Made by a program: the position numbers and the translations under genes. DNA of 64,000 nucleotides from an uncultured Candidatus Entotheonella sp. GTDB lineage: Bacteria > Tectomicrobia > Entotheonellia > Entotheonellales > Entotheonellaceae. The first letter of the stretch is position 1. Each line of letters opens with the position of its first letter. The notes below the pieces were generated by a model. The model worked only from the letters and a program-made list of their open reading frames with translations, had not been told where the DNA came from and searched no databases. Positions 1 through 9,444 of this stretch are shown one piece after another. The DNA is taken from the NCBI GenBank assembly GCA_965215335.1, contig CBDCDA010000001.1, forward strand, positions 992,001 through 1,056,000. Direction: 5' to 3'.

Positions 1-820
1 GGCGCGCGGCCTCACCGTGCACAGCGTCAATGGCGATTTCACGCTGCCGGTTGTTCAGGCGCGCCCCGACCCGGCCGGCATGCCGGAGGCGGACTTCGTG
101 CTGTTCTGCGTGAAAACATACGGGGTGGGCGACGCAACGGCCCTTGTGCAGCCGGTGGTGGGACCGCACACCGTCCTGCTGACCCTGCAAAATGGCGTCG
201 ATACCCCGGCCTGCTTGCAGCAAGCCTTCGGACGCGGCACGGTGCTGGCCGGCATCACCCGGATTGGCTCGACGCTCGTTGAACCCGGCGTTATCGAACA
301 GCCGACCCGCGACCGCGCCATTGAATTCGGCAGCCTCGATGCGCCAGGCGCCGCGGCGCTGGAAACCGTACGCGCCCTGCTTGAGGCCGCCGACATCCCG
401 GCGACGCCGTCGCCGGACATCCGCAAGAGTCTGTGGGAAAAGCTGGTGCTAATCAGTGCCTTTGCCGGCCTCTCCGCCCTCACGGGTCTTTCGCCCAACC
501 AGATTCTGGCGCGGCAGCCGACCCGTACCGTATACACCCGCGTCATGGAGGAGACGGCCGCCGTGGCGCGTGCCGCGGGCGTTGCCCTGGCACCCGATAG
601 CGCGGCACGAATTCTCTCGTATCTGGACGCCGAAGGAGAACTGGGCAGCGCTTCCATGGCGGTCGATTTCCAGCAGCGCCGACGCACCGAAGTCGACGCC
701 ATCAACGGCGCCGTGGTCAGGCACGGTGAGCGGATGGGCGTTCCGACACCGGTCAACGAAGCGATTTATGCCGCCCTGGTGGTCATGGACGGCTATCATC
801 GCAAAGAGAAACAGACATGA
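1..820 (+). CDS. panE: Ketopantoate reductase family protein (PanE/ApbA), 5' end outside window
   Basis: Motifs DFVLFCVKTY, LQNG, WEKL, SMAVD..RRTEVDAINGAVV..G...GVPTP; the frame is open to the window edge. Confidence 0.85.
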   Translation, partial: ARGLTVHSVNGDFTLPVVQARPDPAGMPEADFVLFCVKTYGVGDATALVQPVVGPHTVLLTLQNGVDTPACLQQAFGRGTVLAGITRIGSTLVEPGVIEQPTRDRAIEFGSLDAPGAAALETVRALLEAADIPATPSPDIRKSLWEKLVLISAFAGLSALTGLSPNQILARQPTRTVYTRVMEETAAVARAAGVALAPDSAARILSYLDAEGELGSASMAVDFQQRRRTEVDAINGAVVRHGERMGVPTPVNEAIYAALVVMDGYHRKEKQT

Positions 821-956
821 AAAGCGGGGATTGCCGGCCTGCTGTTCGTTGCCGCAACGGCGTGCGCCGGTCGAGTGATGGTGGCCTGGCACCTTTATAA
901 CTGACAGGCCGACCGGATGGCCTGGCATCAGTTCATGCCTCTGCAGGCACGACTGA

Positions 957-2237
957 TCAGTTGAGCGTGGCCTTTCGTGCGCTGATTGGCAGCACCTCCA
1001 GGCCTCTCAGAATGATGTTGTCCCTGAACACCGGGCGGTCCGTCTGCATGCGAATGTCGGTGAATCGCTCCATGATGGCCTCGAAGGCGAGCCGGCCTTC
1101 CAGCCGCGCCAGAGAGGCTCCGAGGCAATGATGGATGCCGCGCCCGAAGGAGATGTGATTGGCTTCCTGGCGTGTGAGATCAAGACGGTCCGGCTCGTTG
1201 AACATCTCCGGGTCGCGGTTGGCCGAGCCGAGGAGGACGATGATGCCCTCGCCTTTGGCAATGTGGCGACCGTTGAATTCCATGTCCTCCAGGGCGACCC
1301 GAATGTCCAACTGCACGGGAGCGTCGTAGCGCAGCAATTCCTCGATCGCCGAGGGCATGAGGTCCGGCGATTGGCGCAGCACTTCCAGTTGTTCGGGGTT
1401 CCGCAATAACGCCAGCATGCCGTTGCCGATGAGTTTGGTGGTCGTCTCGTTGCCGGCTACCAGCAGGAGCCGCAGCATGGCGAGCAATTCCGCTTGACTC
1501 AGCTTGTCCCCTGACTCTTCGGCCGCCACAAGGGCGCTGATCAGGTCATCCTGGGGTTCCCGCCGCCGCCGGTCGATGATGCCCAAAAAATACTCGTCGA
1601 GTTCCTTACCGGCTTCGCCGACCAAGCGCCGCTCATCGGCAGTGATGTTCGGCTCCAGACCGCGCGCGCGGTGGCGCGACCATATCTGAAACTGCGGCCG
1701 GTCTTCTACCGGCACGCCAAGCAGTTCGGCAATGACGATGACAGGCAGGGGTGCCGCGATGGCCTCCATGAGGTCGAAGCCCGAGGGGTCGTCGATCTGG
1801 CCCAGCAGATCGTCGGCGATGGCACGGATGTGCCCGGCGAGGCCCTCGACCACCGCGGGCGTGAATGCTCGACTCACCAGAGCGCGCAGCCGCGTGTGGT
1901 CCGGCGGATCTCGGAACAGCATGCTCGGCTGGCTCTGGAGATCAAACGTCTCGTCGATGTGGCCGGGGTTGCCGCGCTTGCCGGAATCGTTGGAAAACCG
2001 TTTGTGATCACGCAGGATGCTGTCCACGTGCTTGTAACGCGAGAACACCCAGGAATCCATCAACGGGCTCCAATGCACGGGGTCCTTGTCGCGCAGCCGC
2101 TCGTAGGTCGGATACGGATCCGTGTACACGCTCGGCGACAGCGGGTTGTACGTCACACCGCTCTGCCACCACTCGCGGGCCACCATGACACGGATGGCAA
2201 CCGGCTTGATGATCTTCCGAAGCACGCTGGATCTCAT
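957..2237 (-). CDS. Cytochrome P450
   Basis: DPPDHTRLR, I-helix AGNETT, K-helix EELLR, heme motif FGRGIHHCLG. Confidence 0.95.
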   Translation of the reverse strand: MRSSVLRKIIKPVAIRVMVAREWWQSGVTYNPLSPSVYTDPYPTYERLRDKDPVHWSPLMDSWVFSRYKHVDSILRDHKRFSNDSGKRGNPGHIDETFDLQSQPSMLFRDPPDHTRLRALVSRAFTPAVVEGLAGHIRAIADDLLGQIDDPSGFDLMEAIAAPLPVIVIAELLGVPVEDRPQFQIWSRHRARGLEPNITADERRLVGEAGKELDEYFLGIIDRRRREPQDDLISALVAAEESGDKLSQAELLAMLRLLLVAGNETTTKLIGNGMLALLRNPEQLEVLRQSPDLMPSAIEELLRYDAPVQLDIRVALEDMEFNGRHIAKGEGIIVLLGSANRDPEMFNEPDRLDLTRQEANHISFGRGIHHCLGASLARLEGRLAFEAIMERFTDIRMQTDRPVFRDNIILRGLEVLPISARKATLN

Positions 2238-2284
2238 GACCGCCTCCTCTTGAATCCCGGGTCCACTACGTCCGCTAGATCTGC

Positions 2285-2336
2285 AACATCCGGCACGTCA
2301 ACTGTTAATCCCCAGTCCATAACATCCGGCACGTCA
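2285..2336. repeat. 16-bp direct repeat AACATCCGGCACGTCA (2285-2300 and 2321-2336)
   Basis: Identical 16-mer on both sides of the spmAB-like stop codon. Confidence 0.8.
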
Positions 2337-3645
2337 GCGATGCTACCACAATACCGGTTGCATCCGCGCAAAGCCCGGCCAGCAGTGCGTGGCGGATGCG
2401 GCTGACGCCCACGGCACCGAAATAGACGGCCAGCACGTAGAACGTGGTCTCGGTACTGCCCATCAGCGTCGAAGCCACATAGGCGGCGTAGGAGTCAGGC
2501 GCCGCTTCGACGAGTTCCGCCATGATGCCGAACGCACCACTCCCCGACAGGGGCCGCACCAATGCCATGGGCAGAACCTCGCCCGGCATGCCGATCAGAC
2601 GGGTGACCGGGTTGAGGATGGCGGTCAGCAGTTCCATCGCCCCCGACGCGCGAAACATGCGGATGGCCACCAGAATGGCCACCAGGAACGGGATGATGCG
2701 CACGGCGATGTCGAAACCCTGCCTGGCGCCCTCGGTGACCGCCTCGTAGATACGCACGCCGCGGGCCAGACCGTATGAAAAGATGAGGAAGATCAGCACC
2801 GGCATCAGCCAGTAGCTGGCGAAGCGGTTTTTCAGGAAGTCGGGCAGCGATTCCGCGACAACGGCCTGATACACCGCGGCGGCGGCAAGCAGGAGCAGCC
2901 CGGCGATGGCCAGTTGTTTGCCGGTGGTGCCGGCATGGCTCGTCAAGTGGGTGTAGTCGGGCTCGGATGCCTGGTCATCCGTCGCGCCGGCCACGGGACC
3001 GGCGTCAACCGGCTGCGCCTGCGCCACTTGTTCCCGACAGGCGGCATCGCGGCGCCCCCACCAGGAGGCGACCAGCACGCCGACGAAGGTCGATGCCAAG
3101 GTCGCCACCAAGGTCGGCACGAACATCTCGAAGGGCCGCGTGCTGCCCGCCGCGGCGCGCACGCCCATGACGCCCAGCGGCAGTAGCGCGACGCTGGAGG
3201 TGTTGATCGCCAGAAACAGGCACATGGCATTGGTGGCCACGCCGGGAAACGGGTTGAGGCGGTTCAGCTCGACCATCGCCTTGATGCCGAACGGCGTCGC
3301 CGCGTTGCCGAGACCCAGCATGTTCGCCGAGATGTTGAGGATCATGGCGCTCATGGCCGGATGCTCGGCGGGCACCTCGGGGAACAACCGCACCATGACG
3401 GGCCGGACCAAGCGCGCCAGTTGCCGCATCATCCCGCCGGCCTCCAGGACGCGCACGAAACCCAGCCACAACGCCATGATGCCGATCAAGCCGATGGCCA
3501 GTGTCACCGCGCCCTCGGCCGCGGCGATGCTCGCATCGGCCGTTTCCTGCATGCGCCCGGACAGGCCGGCGAACAGAATGGCGCCCATGATGAACACGAC
3601 GAAGACGACGTTGATGGGGCTGATTTTCGGCTCGGCCGAGGACAC
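2305..3645 (-). CDS. Fused SpmA/SpmB (nucleoside-recognition Gate domain) membrane protein
   Basis: SpmA motifs ANMLGLGNAATPFGIKAM and LAINTSS; SpmB motifs RPLSGSGA and GSTETTFYVLAVYFG. Confidence 0.9.
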   Translation of the reverse strand: MSSAEPKISPINVVFVVFIMGAILFAGLSGRMQETADASIAAAEGAVTLAIGLIGIMALWLGFVRVLEAGGMMRQLARLVRPVMVRLFPEVPAEHPAMSAMILNISANMLGLGNAATPFGIKAMVELNRLNPFPGVATNAMCLFLAINTSSVALLPLGVMGVRAAAGSTRPFEMFVPTLVATLASTFVGVLVASWWGRRDAACREQVAQAQPVDAGPVAGATDDQASEPDYTHLTSHAGTTGKQLAIAGLLLLAAAAVYQAVVAESLPDFLKNRFASYWLMPVLIFLIFSYGLARGVRIYEAVTEGARQGFDIAVRIIPFLVAILVAIRMFRASGAMELLTAILNPVTRLIGMPGEVLPMALVRPLSGSGAFGIMAELVEAAPDSYAAYVASTLMGSTETTFYVLAVYFGAVGVSRIRHALLAGLCADATGIVVASLTCRMLWTGD

Positions 3646-3648
3646 CGG

Positions 3649-4626
3649 TCACGCCCCTCCGGCTACCCGATGGATGAACGGCTGGTCGCGTTCCCAACGG
3701 CGTACGTTCTCGACGATGATGTCGACCAGACGCTGCTCGTAGCGCGACGTTTCGCCGCCGGTGTGCGGCGTGATGAGGACGTTGGGCAGGTCCCACAACG
3801 GGCTTTCCGGGCGTAACGGCTCGTCGACGGTGAGGTCCAGCGCCGCCCCGGCAATGTCGCCCTTCTGCAAGGCGACAATCAACTCGGATTCGACGACGAC
3901 TTGACCACGGGACACGTTTACCAGATGAGCGGACGACCGCATACGCTGCAATTCGGCAGCGCCGATGAGATTCGTCGTTGCGGGCTTGAGCGGACAGCAG
4001 AGCACGACATGATCGGCGCTGTCGAGCAATTCCCCCAGGCGATTGGGGGGCAGCACGGCGTCGGCGTCGCCCCGGTACGCGGCGGGGTTGCCCTTGGTGC
4101 CGATGACGCGCATGCCGAACGCCTTGGCGAGCGTCGCCAGGCGGTTGCCGATGGCGCCAAGGCCGACGATGCCCAGGGTCTTGCCGGCGATTTCGTCTTC
4201 GCGCCCCCGCGGGTCGCTTATCATCGGGCGCCAGTGCTTGCGACGCTGGTTGTCGCGCGCCTCGGACAGGCGGCGGCTGAAGGCCAGGATGAGCGCCATG
4301 GCGTGTTCGCTGACGGCGTTGGCGTTGACCCCCACGGCATGGGTCAGCCGGATGCCGCGACGCTGCAACTCGGCAAGCGGAAACTGGTTGTAGCCGACGC
4401 CGATGGCCTGAATCCATTGCAGTTTTCCCGCGCTGTCGAGTAAATCGTCTCGCCAGGCGCCAGAAATGACCAGCACGTCGATTTCGGACATGCGCGGCGT
4501 TATTCCGTCAGCACTGTGCTCCTGAAACACCGTTGCTTCAGGAAGGCAGGCCCCGAGGACCGGGGCGATGCGGTAGGCGGGGTGGCACACACCGATGGTC
4601 AGGTCCTTGGCGGCGATCGCCGGCAT
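3649..4626 (-). CDS. D-2-hydroxyacid dehydrogenase family
   Basis: GLGAIG Rossmann motif, NVSRG, ALDL..EPL, ITPHTGG. Confidence 0.92.
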   Translation of the reverse strand: MPAIAAKDLTIGVCHPAYRIAPVLGACLPEATVFQEHSADGITPRMSEIDVLVISGAWRDDLLDSAGKLQWIQAIGVGYNQFPLAELQRRGIRLTHAVGVNANAVSEHAMALILAFSRRLSEARDNQRRKHWRPMISDPRGREDEIAGKTLGIVGLGAIGNRLATLAKAFGMRVIGTKGNPAAYRGDADAVLPPNRLGELLDSADHVVLCCPLKPATTNLIGAAELQRMRSSAHLVNVSRGQVVVESELIVALQKGDIAGAALDLTVDEPLRPESPLWDLPNVLITPHTGGETSRYEQRLVDIIVENVRRWERDQPFIHRVAGGA

Positions 4627-4662
4627 GATGGTCTCCTGTGACTGGCGCGCCGGCCCGCGACG

Positions 4663-5826
4663 CTACAAGGCGGCCACAAAGGCCCGCGCCACGTCCTGCG
4701 CGGACATGCGATTCAGCGATGGATTGATTTTGAGCCAGAAGCCGCCCCGCCAGCGGGCTTGCGGCAGGTGAATGTTGCCCCGGCCGAGCCGGTCGCGGAA
4801 GCGCTCGGGATCGGTTCCGGAGACGTGCACGGGCACGATGTGGGTGCCATTGGGAATGGGCGCGACGCGAAAAGCGGGGTGATCGGCCAGCGCCTGGAAA
4901 ATGCTTTCCGCCTTGCGCCAACCGGCCTTGTACTGCTCCAGGAAGTCGTCGACGAATTCCAGCGCCACCGCAGCATACGGCCAGGCGCCGGGCAGGCCGC
5001 TGCCGAACATGCGGCGCACCTGGAACAGGTGCTCCGTGAATGCCCGCGTGCCGGCGAGAATGGCGCCGGCAGCGGCATTGAAGCATTTGTACAGCGACAC
5101 GTACACGGTATCGAACAGCGCGGCGTACCGCGCCGGCGAAATGCCGGTGTGAACGGATTCCACGAACAAGCGGGCGCCGTCGAGGTGCAGCCGGATGCCC
5201 TCCTGCCGGGCGAAGGCGGCGATGCGCCGCATGTCGTCGGGGCCGAACACGGCGTCATCCATGCGCCGCACCGGCGACTCGATGCAAATGACGCCGACGT
5301 CCGTCTCTACCCGGCCGGAACGGCTGCGGCGCACCGCCTCCTGCACCTCCGACAACGTGAAGCCGACCCGCCCCGGCGCCAGGGGAATGAGGTTCAGGCC
5401 GCTGAGCTGCTGGGCGCAGTCGCCGGAATCGTTGTAGATATGGCTCTCGGCCTGCACGAGGACGCGCCGCTGCACCCCTGCCAGTTCGCGCAGCGCGATG
5501 TGGTTGGCCAGCGTGCCGGTGGGCATGAAGACGGCGCTCTCCTTGCCGAGCCAGCGGGCGAACGTATGTTCCAGTTCCTCGACGACACCGCCGTTGGCGT
5601 AAACATCAGGATGCAGGGGCCTAGAAACAGCGATTTGCTTCAGAAGGTGGGCGTATTCCAGAGGGCTGAGATGGGAGCCGTCGTAGATGAAATTGACGGC
5701 CTGTTGCAGTCTGGCCAACTCGTCCGGCTCAGCGGCTGCCTGGCATGCCAAGCCCGGCGCCGCCGTAGCCCCCGCCGCCAACGCGCCACCGAGCTTGAAT
5801 ACCTCGCGTCGCCCCATGGCGTTCAT
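4663..5826 (-). CDS. Threonine aldolase / beta-eliminating lyase family (PLP) with Tat-like signal peptide
   Basis: FMPTGTLAN, HLDGARLF, SLYK (PLP lysine); N-terminus GRREVFK followed by a hydrophobic stretch. Confidence 0.88.
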   Translation of the reverse strand: MNAMGRREVFKLGGALAAGATAAPGLACQAAAEPDELARLQQAVNFIYDGSHLSPLEYAHLLKQIAVSRPLHPDVYANGGVVEELEHTFARWLGKESAVFMPTGTLANHIALRELAGVQRRVLVQAESHIYNDSGDCAQQLSGLNLIPLAPGRVGFTLSEVQEAVRRSRSGRVETDVGVICIESPVRRMDDAVFGPDDMRRIAAFARQEGIRLHLDGARLFVESVHTGISPARYAALFDTVYVSLYKCFNAAAGAILAGTRAFTEHLFQVRRMFGSGLPGAWPYAAVALEFVDDFLEQYKAGWRKAESIFQALADHPAFRVAPIPNGTHIVPVHVSGTDPERFRDRLGRGNIHLPQARWRGGFWLKINPSLNRMSAQDVARAFVAAL

Positions 5827-5855
5827 TGCTCGCTCGATGACCGCATCATGAGGAC

Positions 5856-6509
5856 TCAGGCTGCCGAGCCGCCGGCCAGGCGGCGACTGCCGTCGCCTTG
5901 GTAGACATATTCAAACGTCATGCAGCCCGCCACGTTGCCGGTGCAATAGTAGCTCAGCAGCCGCATCTTGGCATATTTGCCGTCCTGCGTGCGGACGACG
6001 TAAATCTCCGGCTTGGGGGCCAGCACGTTGGCCAGGTAACTGTAATTGTACCACTTCTCCAAGACCGGATTGAAGGCGTGCAGACGATTCTTGGGGTGAA
6101 TATCGGCTTGAAATTCGACCCCTCCGGGCACCCGCGACACGACGGCAAGGTCCCGCCCGGGGAGCTTCAGGACGGCGCCCTGGCCGTCGGGATTGCTGCG
6201 GCCGCCATTGGTCTTCATCACGTAGCGCTTGAAGGCAAGGTCCCAGGCGTCCCGCCCGGGATCAAGAACCGCTACCACGGCACCGCGAGAAAAATCGAAG
6301 TAGACCCAGACGTTTTCGGAACGGGCGTCGATGGTGTAGACGATCGGCTCGGTCAGATGCTCGACGGTTTCCACGGGTCTCGGCGGCGTGGGGCTGTAGG
6401 TGGCCGAGGCGGGGTCGAATCCATCGCTTGCCACCCGCTCGCAAGCCGTCGCAAAGAGAGCGCAAAGAGCGCCCAGCACCGGCAGGCAGTACGCCTTAGC
6501 GGCTCCCAT
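5856..6509 (-). CDS. hmuY: HmuY-family heme-binding lipoprotein
   Basis: WVYFDF, WDLAFKRY..KTNGG.S, WYNY, YVVRTQDGKYAKMRLLSYY; lipobox-like LFATAC. Confidence 0.82.
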   Translation of the reverse strand: MGAAKAYCLPVLGALCALFATACERVASDGFDPASATYSPTPPRPVETVEHLTEPIVYTIDARSENVWVYFDFSRGAVVAVLDPGRDAWDLAFKRYVMKTNGGRSNPDGQGAVLKLPGRDLAVVSRVPGGVEFQADIHPKNRLHAFNPVLEKWYNYSYLANVLAPKPEIYVVRTQDGKYAKMRLLSYYCTGNVAGCMTFEYVYQGDGSRRLAGGSAA

Positions 6510-6729
6510 TGCGGCTCCCCTCACGAACCAGACGGCGCAGGCGCACGTGCCGCCGCATGGGCAGGTAAACCAGGAAATAGATACCGCAACCGATGCCGAC
6601 GTTCAGCACCCCGAGGATGAGCACGGTATGGTCGTAGCCGCGCGTCACCAGGTGATGATAGGCCAGCCAGTCGGCCAGACCCAGGAAGGCGACGTGCACC
6701 AGGAGGCCGACCAGGAGGTAGATGTTCAT
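6496..6729 (-). CDS. Small hypothetical membrane protein (2 TM)
   Basis: MNIYLLVGLLVHVAFLG...; ATGA overlap with the upstream gene stop; two hydrophobic segments. Confidence 0.65.
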   Translation of the reverse strand: MNIYLLVGLLVHVAFLGLADWLAYHHLVTRGYDHTVLILGVLNVGIGCGIYFLVYLPMRRHVRLRRLVREGSRNGSR

Positions 6730-7244
6730 GACGCCCATGAGCTGCTCCCCGCAGATTGTCTGGATGGGTGCCGTGATCCGTCGTGCGTGCTCCCGGATGC
6801 CTCGACTCGCCACCACGCCTGGCCCAAGCCGGCCCACAACAGACACGCGGCGTTGATCACCGCCAGCCCCAGCGCTGCCGTGTGCAACAACGATTTCAGA
6901 TACAACCCGCCCCGCAACAAGACGACGACGCGGGCACAGACCAGCAGCCCGAGCAGCAGGGTGAAACTGATCTGATAGGCCCTGTGCTGGCCGCTGGCAC
7001 GTTGATGAAACGACACCCCGATGCCGGTGCGGCGATAGATGAGGAATGGAAAGGCGATCGCTATAATGCCGCCGAGAATGAAAAATGCAGTGGGGTTCGA
7101 CATGGCGCGCTGGGTGCTCTGCATGCTGGTGAGATACTGAGCGCCAAACAGGTAATAGAGGCCATAGATGAAATAAACGATCGCGGCAACGGCATGGCGT
7201 TTCTGCAGGAGGTTCTCGGTGGGTCGCGTTAGCAGTTGCGTCAT
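6726..7244 (-). CDS. Hypothetical membrane protein (about 4 TM)
   Basis: Several hydrophobic helices from MTQLLTRP...; translationally coupled to the next gene. Confidence 0.65.
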   Translation of the reverse strand: MTQLLTRPTENLLQKRHAVAAIVYFIYGLYYLFGAQYLTSMQSTQRAMSNPTAFFILGGIIAIAFPFLIYRRTGIGVSFHQRASGQHRAYQISFTLLLGLLVCARVVVLLRGGLYLKSLLHTAALGLAVINAACLLWAGLGQAWWRVEASGSTHDGSRHPSRQSAGSSSWAS

Positions 7245-7371
7245 CGCGGAACGTCCATCGTCTCGATCCGGTCCAGGGCATTTTGAATTCATTGGTTTAC
7301 GTGGCCGCAAGCATAACAGCGGTACGGGTGGGGCGCAATGCCGGTGCCCGTGCCGGAAAGGCATCCGGACA

Positions 7372-8392
<1,021 letters not shown>

Positions 8393-8418
<26 letters not shown>

Positions 8419-8653
8419 CCTCATCGATCAGCATGATCGGGACGTCGTCCCGGACCGGGTAGAAGTACTGCCGGTCCGCCCGGATCAGAGCCTCATCGAT
8501 CGACTCCGTAACCGGCGCCCCCCGCCGGGTTGTCAATTCCCCGCGTGCAATCCGGTGATTGATGACTGCCACCTCCTCCACCTCGGCCAGCGTAAGGGCC
8601 TGTTTGGTCTCCGGACAAACGAGAATATCGAGCAACTCCTGGTTGATGGCCAT
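8393..8653 (-). CDS. Trm112/YcaR-family protein
   Basis: LLDILVCPETK...YPVRDDVPIMLIDEA. Confidence 0.9.
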
Positions 8654-8700
8654 GCCGTCATCTTCCTATTCAATCCAAAACGCAATCTGGTTCACAGCCA

Positions 8701-9441
8701 TTAGCGCAGCGTTACGGGCTCCTCGGGGTCACCATGGATACGCCATGCCTTGAAAACATGTTCGCAGCCGGCGTTCGGGTTGCGTACAAGCGTCGTGTCA
8801 AGTTCATTGGTTCGCAGGTCGAATTGATAAGCGACGACCATGTACTCGACTTCGCGCCTCGTCAGGACGCCGCTTTCCATCAGGTCGCTATCGACAGGCA
8901 TATCAGCAGGCAAGATCAACGTACAACGATGCGCAGTGCCTTCAGCAAGAGCAAAAGGGGTCGGCGCGACATACATCTTTCGGTCACGGACAAGAAGATC
9001 GCCGTAACTGCCGAAGCCCCTGAAGCTCTTGTTTTGATGCACGTAAGTGTTGTCAGCATTTAGAAAGCTACCATGACATACCACCAGATCAAGGACCGGA
9101 TAGCGGTTGCCATCGGGGTTATTCGGATAGCGTCCGAAGACATAGAAGACTTGCCGTCCATTGTGCTCACCCCGTGGTAGCTGACTGTTGCAGTCGTAAT
9201 CCGCTTCACGACCTGGATAAGCCAAGGCTTTGAGTTCATACCCCTCGGGATGGCGAACAAACCGGAAATCGGGATAGGTATTGCGCCCTGGCTCGTCGAA
9301 GTTTTCACCAATGTGCTGCAAGCGCCCTTTGAACCAGTTCTGGAAGTGAAACTCTTTATCGTTGCGTCCTTCACGCTCAATCAGTTCGCCGTCGCGCATC
9401 GCACGGACGCATTCCTTGAACACCGCACATATCAAAGACAC
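8701..9441 (-). CDS. Putative type II restriction endonuclease (PD-(D/E)XK fold)
   Basis: YPDF...GYELK catalytic-like motif followed by NSxxP; lies 3 bp downstream of an amino-MTase; lower GC. Confidence 0.6.
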   Translation of the reverse strand: MSLICAVFKECVRAMRDGELIEREGRNDKEFHFQNWFKGRLQHIGENFDEPGRNTYPDFRFVRHPEGYELKALAYPGREADYDCNSQLPRGEHNGRQVFYVFGRYPNNPDGNRYPVLDLVVCHGSFLNADNTYVHQNKSFRGFGSYGDLLVRDRKMYVAPTPFALAEGTAHRCTLILPADMPVDSDLMESGVLTRREVEYMVVAYQFDLRTNELDTTLVRNPNAGCEHVFKAWRIHGDPEEPVTLR

Positions 9442-9444
9442 GTA

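Noticed and set aside
817..905. Possible lipoprotein-signal relic (MKAGIAGLLFVAATAC... if one A is removed) after panE
   Set aside because: Needs an assumed indel and is under 30 codons; insufficient support
2305..3645. Sporulation function implied by the SpmA/SpmB name
   Set aside because: SpmAB homologues are widespread in non-sporulating bacteria, and no other sporulation genes are present
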